IMG/VR virus record: IMGVR_UViG_3300034072_000926
Coordinates: 310,001 to 374,000 of that record
Reading direction: 5' to 3' (one strand)
Length of the DNA: 64,000 nt
Part shown: piece after piece, positions 16,249-25,625 of the stretch
Numbering within the stretch: the first letter of the stretch is position 1
Layout of the letters: each line of letters begins with the position of its first letter
Notes under the pieces: generated by a model
What the model saw: only the letters and a program-made list of their open reading frames with translations
Told to the model about the DNA's origin: nothing
The model's database searches: none
Program-made: the position numbers and the translations under genes

Positions 16249-17466
16249 TTAGTTCCTCAGCACAAAGGCAATTCTTGCCAGTGTTGCGTCTGGACTTCCA
16301 GGGGCAACAAACTCCACTACATCGCCTAGCACAAAATTGCGGTCGCCTGCGTTACCAATGACAATCGTTCCAGTCACACTCGATGCCGCGAAAGTAACCG
16401 TGCCAATCGTTACATCGTTCTTCCTAATATTGAAGACCGTGCTGGCAGTTGCGGCCACGCCTGCTACCGCGATGGAGTTCGCGACCACTACAGTGAAGCT
16501 AGTATCCACTACATCAACCACCCTCGAGTTCGCCTCAGGAGTTGCCTCGAATGCCCTAATGCTGTGGACCAATTGTGCGGCCAGTCCAGTGACATCAGAG
16601 ATCGCATGAGTGTGACTTGCATCAGCTTTAGTTGCCATCGCTGCCGCGTAGCCAGTCAGGGTAGTGATATCGTGGTTATGAGTGGTTGCCGACTTACCAT
16701 CTAGTTCAGTCTGGAGACCCGTTACTTGACTGATAGTATGGGTGTGGTTAGTGGCTGCCTTGCCATTTAGTGCCGTCTGGGTTGCATCGCTCACAGGCTT
16801 ATCGGCGTCACTGGTATTGTCCACATTATTCAGTGCCAACAGTGTCTTCACTTGCGTGGTCGTCAGTTCTAGTGCCGCGCCAGCACCTGTGGTATTCTTA
16901 CCAAGTAAAACCTGGCCTGCTGCCAATGAAATATCTGCGGCCACATGAGTGTGGATAGTATTTGCCTTACCATCAAGGGCAGTCTGCTGAGCAGTCGAGA
17001 CCGGCTTCGAGGCATCGCTAGTATTCGAGACGTTTGCGAGACCCACAGCACTCTTATCCAGTGTCTGCCAGCTCTTATCACCCCTCCAATACTGACCAGT
17101 CGTGCCAGCCGTAATGCTGTTCTCCTTGGCAGCAATTGCACTCGCCTGCGCGGTGGAAACTGGCTTATTGGCGTCCGAGGTATTATCCACGTTTCCAAGA
17201 CCAACATCGCCCTTTGTGAGGGTGAGGAAAGTCTTAGCCGTCGAGGCATCAAGTAGAGTTAAGGCGCCGCCGCCTGAATCACGGCCAATAAAGCCCGCGC
17301 CAGTCTGCGTTAGTCCGCTACCGATAATATTACCCTTAGCTACCTTCTCATCTAGTCCAGTATAGAGTTCGTCGAAGTTGCCCTTCGTCTTTTGGAACGC
17401 TGACCTGATAGTGTCGCCAGTGCCGTCATTGGCGGCGGTTCCAACATTGATTACTTGCTTTGCCAT
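16249..17466 (-). CDS. Tail/whisker fibre protein
   Basis: N-terminus KQVINVGTAANDGTGDTIRSAF.K..GNFDELY like T4 gp9/gp10 N-termini; three VGLGNVDNTSDA.KPVS.A repeats; HTH.ISDVTGL phage-tail repeats. Confidence 0.85.
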   Translation of the reverse strand: MAKQVINVGTAANDGTGDTIRSAFQKTKGNFDELYTGLDEKVAKGNIIGSGLTQTGAGFIGRDSGGGALTLLDASTAKTFLTLTKGDVGLGNVDNTSDANKPVSTAQASAIAAKENSITAGTTGQYWRGDKSWQTLDKSAVGLANVSNTSDASKPVSTAQQTALDGKANTIHTHVAADISLAAGQVLLGKNTTGAGAALELTTTQVKTLLALNNVDNTSDADKPVSDATQTALNGKAATNHTHTISQVTGLQTELDGKSATTHNHDITTLTGYAAAMATKADASHTHAISDVTGLAAQLVHSIRAFEATPEANSRVVDVVDTSFTVVVANSIAVAGVAATASTVFNIRKNDVTIGTVTFAASSVTGTIVIGNAGDRNFVLGDVVEFVAPGSPDATLARIAFVLRN

Positions 17467-17477
17467 ATTGGTTCTCC

Positions 17478-20400
17478 TTAGCCGTTGTCGGCGGTCACAT
17501 CATCGGAATCAACAGTGATAGAATCCGAGTCAATTGTTGTCGCACCACTTGGAGTATCTGTGACATCTAGGTCACCAGTTAAGTCCCAGGTGTTATTGGA
17601 AATCTTCGTCAAGAGAACTCGACTCATCTTTCCCCTTAGTTCAAAGCCGTAAGGCGTATTGATCGTTACACCTGCGGCCGGAAGGATTGAAGTCTTACCA
17701 TTTCCTGCTTGGATGACTTGAATCTGTGTGCCAACCGCAAAACGAACACTTGATGCTGTGGGCACTGTGACAGTGTTGGCTGCATCATTATTTCGCCTCA
17801 CATAGCTATTCGCATCATTGGCCGTTAGGATATAGTTCACGTTATTTGCAGTCGTGATCCTAACCACACTATCATCGACTTGCTTCCAAGCAATCCACTT
17901 CCTAGACTTTGAGAAGTAGCGGAAGAGGAAGAATGTTGATGCATCTGCGGTATTGTTGGCATCACTTGCACCAATCCAAGTGATCCCCTGTGACAAGTCG
18001 TCCTGGAACATCACATTGCGTCCGCCAGTGGCGTCCTGCTTGATAACAACCAAGACTTCAGCATACATTTCGCCACTTGTCAGTATTGGACCAGGTGAAT
18101 ACGCAGAAACCTCAGGTGTCTTAATCCTGATATTCGCACTACCAGTCAACTGAACATGGAAACACTTGCCTGCGTTAGGGTCAATTACACCACCATTAAC
18201 CACACTATTGTCGTCTGCATAACGTAGATTGTTACCGCTCGCAGTATAGTGGGCTAGGAACTGTCCCTCGTCGGGCTGAACGTCATATGCAATGCGAGGG
18301 CCAGCAATGAAGTCCTGGTCAGAACGCCTCTTAACTCGGTTGAACGACCATTTGCAACTTCCGCTCTTATACAACTTAGTGAATTCACCGTTATGGTAGA
18401 ATATCACATTGTTGAGCTCAAGTAGAGTGTCCTCACCAGAGGTTTCGTCGGCGGTGCTATAAAGGCCCACGTCATAGGTGACTTCAGTATCAGGCTGACT
18501 CTGTAAGACCTGAACATAATGAGTTGTTAGGATTTCGCCTTCATTGTCAGGGTCTTCAATGGTATCACCATTCTCGTCAAGAAGAGCGACTTCCTGAATA
18601 TTACCATTTCCATCCATGTAGTCGATTGGATCGCCGTTTTCGTCTAGGACGAATACAGGTTCGCCATTCTCCCAAACAGGTAGGCTTGGGTTTTCCAAGT
18701 AGACTGTGTAGGTCTCCGACATGATTGCGCCGATATTCTCCATATTGAGAACACCACCGTCATGACGAATACCCTTCATCAATGGCGCACCACTAATAAA
18801 GGTGTTGGTTCGATTGGTTACTTCGAGACCTAGCCAACCATTAGTTGGAAGACCGCAGTTCTGCAATACTAGGCGACCACCGTCGTCGCTATTCATGTTA
18901 TTGACAATTCTACCTTGAATAGTAGAGTTGTAGAAGGTTACATCTCCTACAATAATACCGGCCAGATTCATAACCGGCATGTTGGACTTGTCGCCCTGAC
19001 CTCGCAGGAATTCACAGTCTCGGAACTCAGCCGATTCAAGACCTGCGAAGATTGCGAATGTAGGCTGGAAGTTATCAAGTTCGTCATCACTTGTATCAAC
19101 CGAAATATTGCTCATCAGGAATCGGTTAACATTGAACTGGACTTGGAAATGTCCCTTAATGATGCTCTTAGTTGACCCGAAGAAACCCTCGAATGCAATA
19201 TTGCTGATGTTACTGATTGCGACTTCTTCAGTATAGGTTCCGCCCAATAGCATAACGGTATAGATGTTGTTCGTGTCATTTGTTGGAATGACACTTAGAG
19301 CTTTTGCAATGGTCTGGTATGGATTATTGAGCGATCCGTTACCATCAGTATCATTGCCCGCTCCGCCTACAAAGATTGTATTTGGAATGATCTGGTAGAA
19401 TTGCGCCGGAGTCGTCCAAACCAGCGTTCCGCTTGGACCCTTGGTCAGATACTGACCATCCGTTCCAACAGTGGTTGGCCAAGAAAGACCATTGAGCGCG
19501 ATAGAGGGTGCCGTGAGAACAATAGGCGCGCCTGCGCTACCCGACAACGTGATGCCGTCTTCTTTAACGCTGACGGTGCTCTTAGGGGAGGCTAGAGCGC
19601 TCTGGAGTTTGACACCTGCTGCATTGCTGGAGTAGATGATGAAATTCTTGAGGTCTAGGTTGCCGCCGAGTTCTGGCGAAGTATCCTTGACGACCTCAAT
19701 ATCAGTTGCGAACATCGTCGACAATGCACCTGCAGTAATCTTCTTGGGAAGATTATCAGTATTGTCGTGCCACACAAAGAAGTCGCCAGCTTCAATAGCG
19801 GAACTCGTCTGGGTGTTATTGATGTTCAGCTGAACAGTTGGTGCATTAGGATCGTTAATTACTTCAATACCGGCGCCCGCGACAATACCTGTCATAGTTC
19901 CAGTCGAGACCGCTGCCCAATTTAGAGCACCGCCACTAAAGACTAGACTATAGGATCCGTTACCAGTCGGTGCAGCAAAGCTAGTCGACCTATTATTTGT
20001 TCCACCTACAAGCAGACTGCCAGTAGGAAGGGTCATATCAAAGAGACCGTAATTGATTGTCTGCTTACCAGTTGCTACCAACCTGCCCATGGCATTGAAG
20101 GTGAAGGTAGGAAGTTCAATCGAACCAGTTCCCGAACCAATATTCAGTCCCTCGGGTGCAATTGGATTATTGATTGAGTGTCCAGTTGCAAAGTTGATAG
20201 AATGGTCGGTCAGAGTAGTGGAAATTACTCGTCCCTTAGAATCCAAAGTGATTTGGACGTCCTTCGACCTAGTATCAAGTGTCATTGTACCAGTATAGAC
20301 TGATGCTAAAGTAACGCTGACGTCTAGGACTGGGTTAGCGGAGCCAACGACTACGGCCTGTCCAATAACAGGAGAGGAACCAGCAGCATCCCCAGAGAAA

Positions 20401-20567
20401 CGCAAGTAAGTCTTCTGGATTTTATCCAGTTCGTCACTTGCCTGAAAGAGAGCCTGTTGGTTCAGGTTAGTAATATCCCTGAAACCTTGCGATGAATTAT
20501 TGGCGCCAGGGAATGGCCAGCCCAGGTATGGGCTGAGATTATTGGCTTTATTGCGAACTTCGCTCAT
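17478..20567 (-). CDS. Large virion/tail fibre protein with probable beta-helix domain
   Basis: 1029 aa; N-terminal FPGANNSSQGFRD; IFVGGAGNDTDGNGSLNNPYQTIAKAL typical start of pectin-lyase-like domains; fibre-type C-terminal domain. Confidence 0.75.
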   Translation of the reverse strand: MSEVRNKANNLSPYLGWPFPGANNSSQGFRDITNLNQQALFQASDELDKIQKTYLRFSGDAAGSSPVIGQAVVVGSANPVLDVSVTLASVYTGTMTLDTRSKDVQITLDSKGRVISTTLTDHSINFATGHSINNPIAPEGLNIGSGTGSIELPTFTFNAMGRLVATGKQTINYGLFDMTLPTGSLLVGGTNNRSTSFAAPTGNGSYSLVFSGGALNWAAVSTGTMTGIVAGAGIEVINDPNAPTVQLNINNTQTSSAIEAGDFFVWHDNTDNLPKKITAGALSTMFATDIEVVKDTSPELGGNLDLKNFIIYSSNAAGVKLQSALASPKSTVSVKEDGITLSGSAGAPIVLTAPSIALNGLSWPTTVGTDGQYLTKGPSGTLVWTTPAQFYQIIPNTIFVGGAGNDTDGNGSLNNPYQTIAKALSVIPTNDTNNIYTVMLLGGTYTEEVAISNISNIAFEGFFGSTKSIIKGHFQVQFNVNRFLMSNISVDTSDDELDNFQPTFAIFAGLESAEFRDCEFLRGQGDKSNMPVMNLAGIIVGDVTFYNSTIQGRIVNNMNSDDGGRLVLQNCGLPTNGWLGLEVTNRTNTFISGAPLMKGIRHDGGVLNMENIGAIMSETYTVYLENPSLPVWENGEPVFVLDENGDPIDYMDGNGNIQEVALLDENGDTIEDPDNEGEILTTHYVQVLQSQPDTEVTYDVGLYSTADETSGEDTLLELNNVIFYHNGEFTKLYKSGSCKWSFNRVKRRSDQDFIAGPRIAYDVQPDEGQFLAHYTASGNNLRYADDNSVVNGGVIDPNAGKCFHVQLTGSANIRIKTPEVSAYSPGPILTSGEMYAEVLVVIKQDATGGRNVMFQDDLSQGITWIGASDANNTADASTFFLFRYFSKSRKWIAWKQVDDSVVRITTANNVNYILTANDANSYVRRNNDAANTVTVPTASSVRFAVGTQIQVIQAGNGKTSILPAAGVTINTPYGFELRGKMSRVLLTKISNNTWDLTGDLDVTDTPSGATTIDSDSITVDSDDVTADNG

Positions 20568-20575
20568 TCGATCCT

Positions 20576-23413
20576 TTACCTTTCCCCTGGTGGAAATTTG
20601 TAGTATTTAATCTCCGACTGAAGAGATCGGTCGAAAGTTGTTGGATTAGTTGTCGGCGTGTCTGGGTTCTCTGGACCATCAAAAGTGATAATATTGAGGA
20701 AGTCCATATCCATCGAATCGTCATCATTCCAAATGCCGTCAGTATCATCATAGAATGTTGTCGAAGAGAAGCCGTCACTCGACAGTAGATATCTATCTAC
20801 TTCGATTGAACTACCCTGGAGGTCAGTATTCATACCCGAAGTTGAAAGAGTCCTCACAATAGCAGGACCACTACCCGCTCTCACATACGCAAGTTCAATC
20901 GCGCACTGATATCCAATAACGGTCGATGGCTTACCAAGTTCTTGTTCGCACATCATCCACAATGGAAGACCTTCTCGTCCCAAAATGCCAATGCCTTGCT
21001 GACCCTGAAGTCGGTTGAACTTGTTGATAAGGTCGAGACGCAGGTTATTCACACTGTTGGGGAAATATTGATCCATTTCCTTAGTGAGATTCCACTGTTC
21101 AATCGCCCTTGGGACTTGTCCCACCACATAGCGAGGTAGTCGTTCCTCAACGCCATTCGAGTCAAAACCACCTGCTCCCTCCATGGGATCATTCACAGTC
21201 AAGTAAATGACATCATAGAGGTGAGTTCCTTCTGGTGAACGCGCCCTTGCGCTCCTGACCTCACCTACCCTGAGAGTGGTAGGATGGTGATAGTCCTTAA
21301 GGAAATCTAGGAAGTTTCCACCAGTGAAGTTCAATCCATTTGTAATCAAAATCCTGTATTCTCGCTTCTTACCAAAGTAAGAATCTGCGCGCCTGAATAG
21401 ATTGTCCCAACCCAATACTGTGAGTTTATTTGAGGTCGCTCCTGGGGCCTGATTGATGTAGCGGATTACTTTGATCTGAACACCGTTTGGAGGCGCCAGA
21501 TAAGTAGAAGCCACACCTGCGTAGGTAACACCACTTTGTGAATTATTGTAGAATCCAAATCGACCATCCGAAAAGGTTCCATTCACATCACACTGTAGAA
21601 CGCCATCCACCCAAACCTTAAGATTTGTAGCAGTGAATTCAATGTCAAAGGTATAGGACTGGCCATGTTGCCAACCCACGCTGCCAAGTGTTGATCCACG
21701 CGCCAACTCAGTAACACCGCCAGAAGGAACATGGTTCCAACTTGCACTGGTGCTAGACAATCCCTTCTTTACTTGAGAAACGGCAAATCCTGGAGGAGTT
21801 GCATCCTGCTGACCTTTCTTCCAGTCAATCATTAGGAAGTCAGTCGTAGTGGACGCAATATCACCTGGTTTGAAACCGACCACAAATCCAATAAAGTCAT
21901 CATCGCCGGCATTTGCAGCGACTTGAATGGTTCCCGAGAGCTTCTTACCAAACGCCAAATAATCACTATAGAATACGGTCGCGGTGCCATTGATAGACTG
22001 GCGAACAGTAGAGTTGCCAGCTTGGACCGTCCAGTTACCGTTGCCTTCCGCAGTCCAACCAGTCAGGTCGGTATAGGTATTGTCAACACCTGTTACAAAT
22101 TCCACATAATCTTTGTCACCCTCGTTGAGTTCATTGTAGGGACGATTAGTAACCTGGTCGTCAATGAGGACGACAATTGTGTCGTCAGTCTTACCAGTTA
22201 CCCTAGACGGAGCAAGGAACTTAGTCGTAACGCCATTACCAGTATAGATCAGAGAATTTTCAGTATAGTCGGGACGGACTTCTGCTTTGTTACCCCAAAT
22301 CCAGCGCGCAATCTTTGACCTTACCTGTGGAGGAACATTGACATGCAGACTGGTTGTTGCATCGGAAGTGAAAATGTTCCTGATGGTGATACTAAAGGTG
22401 CGCTCACCAGCAATACTAGATAGACGAACTGCACCAGTATCATTGTGAACAAAGACAACGCGAGCCTCAACAGTGAACTCGGAAGTCTTGTTGATAGTCA
22501 CGTAGGGACAACGTCCAATAATCATTCCGGACATAGGATCGAGAATCAAGCCGTCTGGAAGTGGTTTGCTCTTAGCGGTCAGACTATACTGAATGGACTG
22601 AGTCTCACTCGAAGTCACGCCATTCACTTCATACTGTGGCACCGCCTTGACTGCAAAGTGACTGGGATATGTCTCATAAGTCGACCCTAGACTTCCCGCT
22701 GGCGTCTCCCAACGCACCGCGTCTGATAGTCGGGCGTCAAGCACAATCTCCTCACCAATAGTTAGGCGATAGATCTTCTCAGAAGTCCTGGGCGCACCTT
22801 CTTTGCGTGGATTGCTGATTAGATCGTCAGGGTCTCGCGCATAGACTCGGAAATAATAGTCACCAGGACTGTTTCCAGTAATGGTGGGTGATCCTACCAG
22901 TCGTCCCTGTGTATCAACTTCAAGTCCAAGAGGGAGACCCTGAAATGTTCCAACTGGTCCCACATACCCGACTGCCTTATAGACAAGTGGATCCTGGTCA
23001 GGATTGACAATGTCTAGCTGAACGGTAAGACCTGACCCTCTATTGAACGTGCCGAGATACTGGATTCCGGTCGGAATGTTCCAGTGCTGTTCTTCATCAA
23101 CAGGATCGACAATTAGATTAAAGGATCGGTCGTAAGTCCTAGTTGAGTTCTGGAAGTTAACACGGAAGACAACAGGGTATTCAGTCTGTCCCTTGGGAAG
23201 TTGTTCAATCGTTCCCATGATCTTACGAGTTCCACCATTATAGTAGAGTCCCTGTGGTAAAATGCCACCAATCAAGTCGATTGAGTTGAAATCTCCATAG
23301 AGAGGATGAAGGGTATTGAGCTGCAAAGTAATGTTCGCAGTATCACCTCGTAGCCATGGGTTACCGTCATTTAGCAACGCTCCAGATGTGGGTGATGCCC
23401 AAATAGATGCCAT
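20576..23413 (-). CDS. Large virion structural protein with Ig-like repeats and an inserted thrombospondin C-terminal-like domain
   Basis: Start moved to ATG 23413 (AGGAGG RBS, TAAATA); LPxGL.L..G.I.G Ig repeats; DDDFIGFVVGF...MIDWK...GRFGFYNNSQ; C-terminal LPLWM...IEVDRY. Confidence 0.8.
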   Translation of the reverse strand: MASIWASPTSGALLNDGNPWLRGDTANITLQLNTLHPLYGDFNSIDLIGGILPQGLYYNGGTRKIMGTIEQLPKGQTEYPVVFRVNFQNSTRTYDRSFNLIVDPVDEEQHWNIPTGIQYLGTFNRGSGLTVQLDIVNPDQDPLVYKAVGYVGPVGTFQGLPLGLEVDTQGRLVGSPTITGNSPGDYYFRVYARDPDDLISNPRKEGAPRTSEKIYRLTIGEEIVLDARLSDAVRWETPAGSLGSTYETYPSHFAVKAVPQYEVNGVTSSETQSIQYSLTAKSKPLPDGLILDPMSGMIIGRCPYVTINKTSEFTVEARVVFVHNDTGAVRLSSIAGERTFSITIRNIFTSDATTSLHVNVPPQVRSKIARWIWGNKAEVRPDYTENSLIYTGNGVTTKFLAPSRVTGKTDDTIVVLIDDQVTNRPYNELNEGDKDYVEFVTGVDNTYTDLTGWTAEGNGNWTVQAGNSTVRQSINGTATVFYSDYLAFGKKLSGTIQVAANAGDDDFIGFVVGFKPGDIASTTTDFLMIDWKKGQQDATPPGFAVSQVKKGLSSTSASWNHVPSGGVTELARGSTLGSVGWQHGQSYTFDIEFTATNLKVWVDGVLQCDVNGTFSDGRFGFYNNSQSGVTYAGVASTYLAPPNGVQIKVIRYINQAPGATSNKLTVLGWDNLFRRADSYFGKKREYRILITNGLNFTGGNFLDFLKDYHHPTTLRVGEVRSARARSPEGTHLYDVIYLTVNDPMEGAGGFDSNGVEERLPRYVVGQVPRAIEQWNLTKEMDQYFPNSVNNLRLDLINKFNRLQGQQGIGILGREGLPLWMMCEQELGKPSTVIGYQCAIELAYVRAGSGPAIVRTLSTSGMNTDLQGSSIEVDRYLLSSDGFSSTTFYDDTDGIWNDDDSMDMDFLNIITFDGPENPDTPTTNPTTFDRSLQSEIKYYKFPPGER

Positions 23414-23433
23414 GGTTTTCCTCCTACTCGCTA

Positions 23434-23463
23434 TATTTATTGGGTAGTCAAACCATATAAATA
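23434..23463. promoter_or_regulatory. Divergent T4-like late promoters
   Basis: AATAAATA on minus (around 23434-23441) and a perfect TATAAATA on plus (23456-23463), matching the T4 gp55 late consensus. Confidence 0.8.
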
Positions 23464-23488
23464 CGCTACAGAACAAGGAGAGAACACC

Positions 23489-24463
23489 ATGGGAATCAGA
23501 ATTACAGGTCGATATATTCCTAGTGGCAAGTTGAGGTTTAGGCGCTCTCTTATCGCTCCTATCTTTGCTTCCCTGCCAAGCATCACTCATCCAGATCTAC
23601 TTGCTACGAGCACCTTTACCGCAGTAACGGGAACGGTTCTTCCGGCCAATGCTGTGATTACTCGTCGCTGGCTACTTGACGGTCAAGTGATTGGAACAGG
23701 TGAGACTGTTGTGCCAAATGCAACCGGTTCTCTTGTACTTGAGGTTACTGCAACAAATGGTGCAGGCTCAGTCACCGAAACTACCGCTCCACTTGTTTTG
23801 ACTTTCCCAGTTCCAACCTTCACTGTCAATCCAAGTATCAGTCCAAATGGTGGTCCGATGGATTCGCTCTTTACTGGTAATGACGGAACCTTTGCAAATG
23901 GAACGGTGACTTCGAGGTTGTGGTTGTTGAATGGCGAAGTAATCAACGGCGCAACCGAGAATACCTATATCCCAGATGGTATGGGTCCTCTGATCTACCG
24001 CGTGACCATCACTGGTCCAGGTGGCACTCTTACTCGTTCATCCTCTCCTGTCACAGTAACGGCAGTTCCTGAGAAGTTGAATCCACCTACTTGGAATATG
24101 CAGACTGGTAACTTGGGCACCTTCGCAGAAGGCACCTCTATCAGTATTCCACTATTGGCAGTTGACTCGGAAAACAATATTCAGAAGTATGAAGTAACGA
24201 GCGGTGCTCTTCCAAACGGAACGTCCTTGAACCTGATGACTGGTCTGATTACCGGTGAATTGGCAGAAGTTGTCGCCGACACCGTTTACACCTTTACTAT
24301 CAGGGTTACTGACCGAACCAATTTGACATTGACAGGAACGTTCTCGATCAACGTCGCAAACGTGAAGACCACTGTTTTGTGGGAAACTGATAATGAAACG
24401 ACTCTTGCAGAACCTGCACCAGGTGAGCCTGTAAGTGTTACCTTGGAGGCATCAAGTAACTAA
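23489..24463 (+). CDS. Virion Ig-like domain protein (He_PIG-type), ends with an incomplete Ig repeat
   Basis: Two T..W..G..I Ig-like units, one complete GALPNGTSLNLMTGLITG...YTFTIRVTD repeat; AGGAGAG RBS. Confidence 0.8.
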   Translation: MGIRITGRYIPSGKLRFRRSLIAPIFASLPSITHPDLLATSTFTAVTGTVLPANAVITRRWLLDGQVIGTGETVVPNATGSLVLEVTATNGAGSVTETTAPLVLTFPVPTFTVNPSISPNGGPMDSLFTGNDGTFANGTVTSRLWLLNGEVINGATENTYIPDGMGPLIYRVTITGPGGTLTRSSSPVTVTAVPEKLNPPTWNMQTGNLGTFAEGTSISIPLLAVDSENNIQKYEVTSGALPNGTSLNLMTGLITGELAEVVADTVYTFTIRVTDRTNLTLTGTFSINVANVKTTVLWETDNETTLAEPAPGEPVSVTLEASSN

Positions 24464-25614
24464 TGGCTAAAATACTTTCCATCCGTTACACTATTGTCGG
24501 CGGAAGCTTGCCTAATGGCATGAAGCTGAATCCTGATACTGGTAATATCACAGGTTCTCCTGGTTTTGATGCTTTAGGACAAGGTCCTGCTTGGCAAGGA
24601 CCAGCTAGTGGAAGTTTGGGTTCTTACAATGAGGGCGATGCGTTTAGTTCTGTCACGCTCTCTGCAAATACTGATAAGACTCCGGTAATATTCAGTCTTC
24701 CCACTACTAAGGATGTTCTTCCTTGGGGCATTCAGATCAATCCAACAACTGGCGTGATTAGTGGAACTTTCTCCCCTCTTCTATTACGAGTTAAAGAAGA
24801 AGGTAGCACAAGTGATGGTCCGGTCTGGAATACACCGTTTGGTAAACTTGCAGGATATGATGAGGACTTTGTTGCCAGCGTAAGTCTGTCAGCGACGCCG
24901 ATCCTTAATAGGACTCTAAAGTATTACGAACTGGTATCGGGTTATCTTCCTTGGGGATTGAAACTGAATACACAGACTGGCGTAATTTCGGGATCTGTAG
25001 GTCGACTAAAGACTCCGGGTGTATTCGTAGACGTTCCCAAATTGCCAATCCCTGTTTGGGTTACTGCAACAAATATGGGAACCTTTCATGAAGGTGAGGC
25101 ATTCAATACTTCACTTGTCGCAACACCTGATGCGGGCAGATCCCTTGTCAAATATACCGTGAGAGAAGGTTATTTGCCCTGGGGGTTGAAACTGAATACC
25201 CAGAATGGCAATATTGCAGGCACTCTTGTTGATATCTTCAAGCGAAATGAAGCCAACTATTATGATGCAACTAAGGATCCAGTATTCAGCAATACTGTGA
25301 GCTTGAATGGATCGAATACAACAGTTGGTGAGGGCGGTAGTCTTGGATCCTATGCTAAGGGAGCCAGTATGACTGCTACCGTGACCGCAGCACCGACAAG
25401 TGGTAGAACAATAAGAAACTATTCGGTGACTATTGGAGCGCTTCCATTCGGTCTAAAGCTGAATAAACTCACAGGTGAGGTTTCAGGAACCATTGTAAAT
25501 ACGACAATGGTTCAGAGTAAAAGTTACTCATTCACAATTACGGCATACGATCAGGGTGGTAGTTTTAATCTAGTCAACCACGCAAGCCGTTCCTATACAA
25601 TTACGGTCCAATAA
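24463..25614 (+). CDS. Putative-Ig (He_PIG-type) repeat virion protein, copy A1
   Basis: Five LP[WF]GL.LN..TG.ISG repeats; TAATG overlap. Confidence 0.85.
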   Translation: MAKILSIRYTIVGGSLPNGMKLNPDTGNITGSPGFDALGQGPAWQGPASGSLGSYNEGDAFSSVTLSANTDKTPVIFSLPTTKDVLPWGIQINPTTGVISGTFSPLLLRVKEEGSTSDGPVWNTPFGKLAGYDEDFVASVSLSATPILNRTLKYYELVSGYLPWGLKLNTQTGVISGSVGRLKTPGVFVDVPKLPIPVWVTATNMGTFHEGEAFNTSLVATPDAGRSLVKYTVREGYLPWGLKLNTQNGNIAGTLVDIFKRNEANYYDATKDPVFSNTVSLNGSNTTVGEGGSLGSYAKGASMTATVTAAPTSGRTIRNYSVTIGALPFGLKLNKLTGEVSGTIVNTTMVQSKSYSFTITAYDQGGSFNLVNHASRSYTITVQ

Positions 25615-25625
25615 GGGGTAAAACA

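Noticed and set aside
20576-23590. ORF-track N-terminal extensions (e.g. 23590, 47815, 49617, 52340, 55775, 60371, 63127)
   Set aside because: They run through promoters or divergent genes; downstream starts with clear RBS motifs were used instead.
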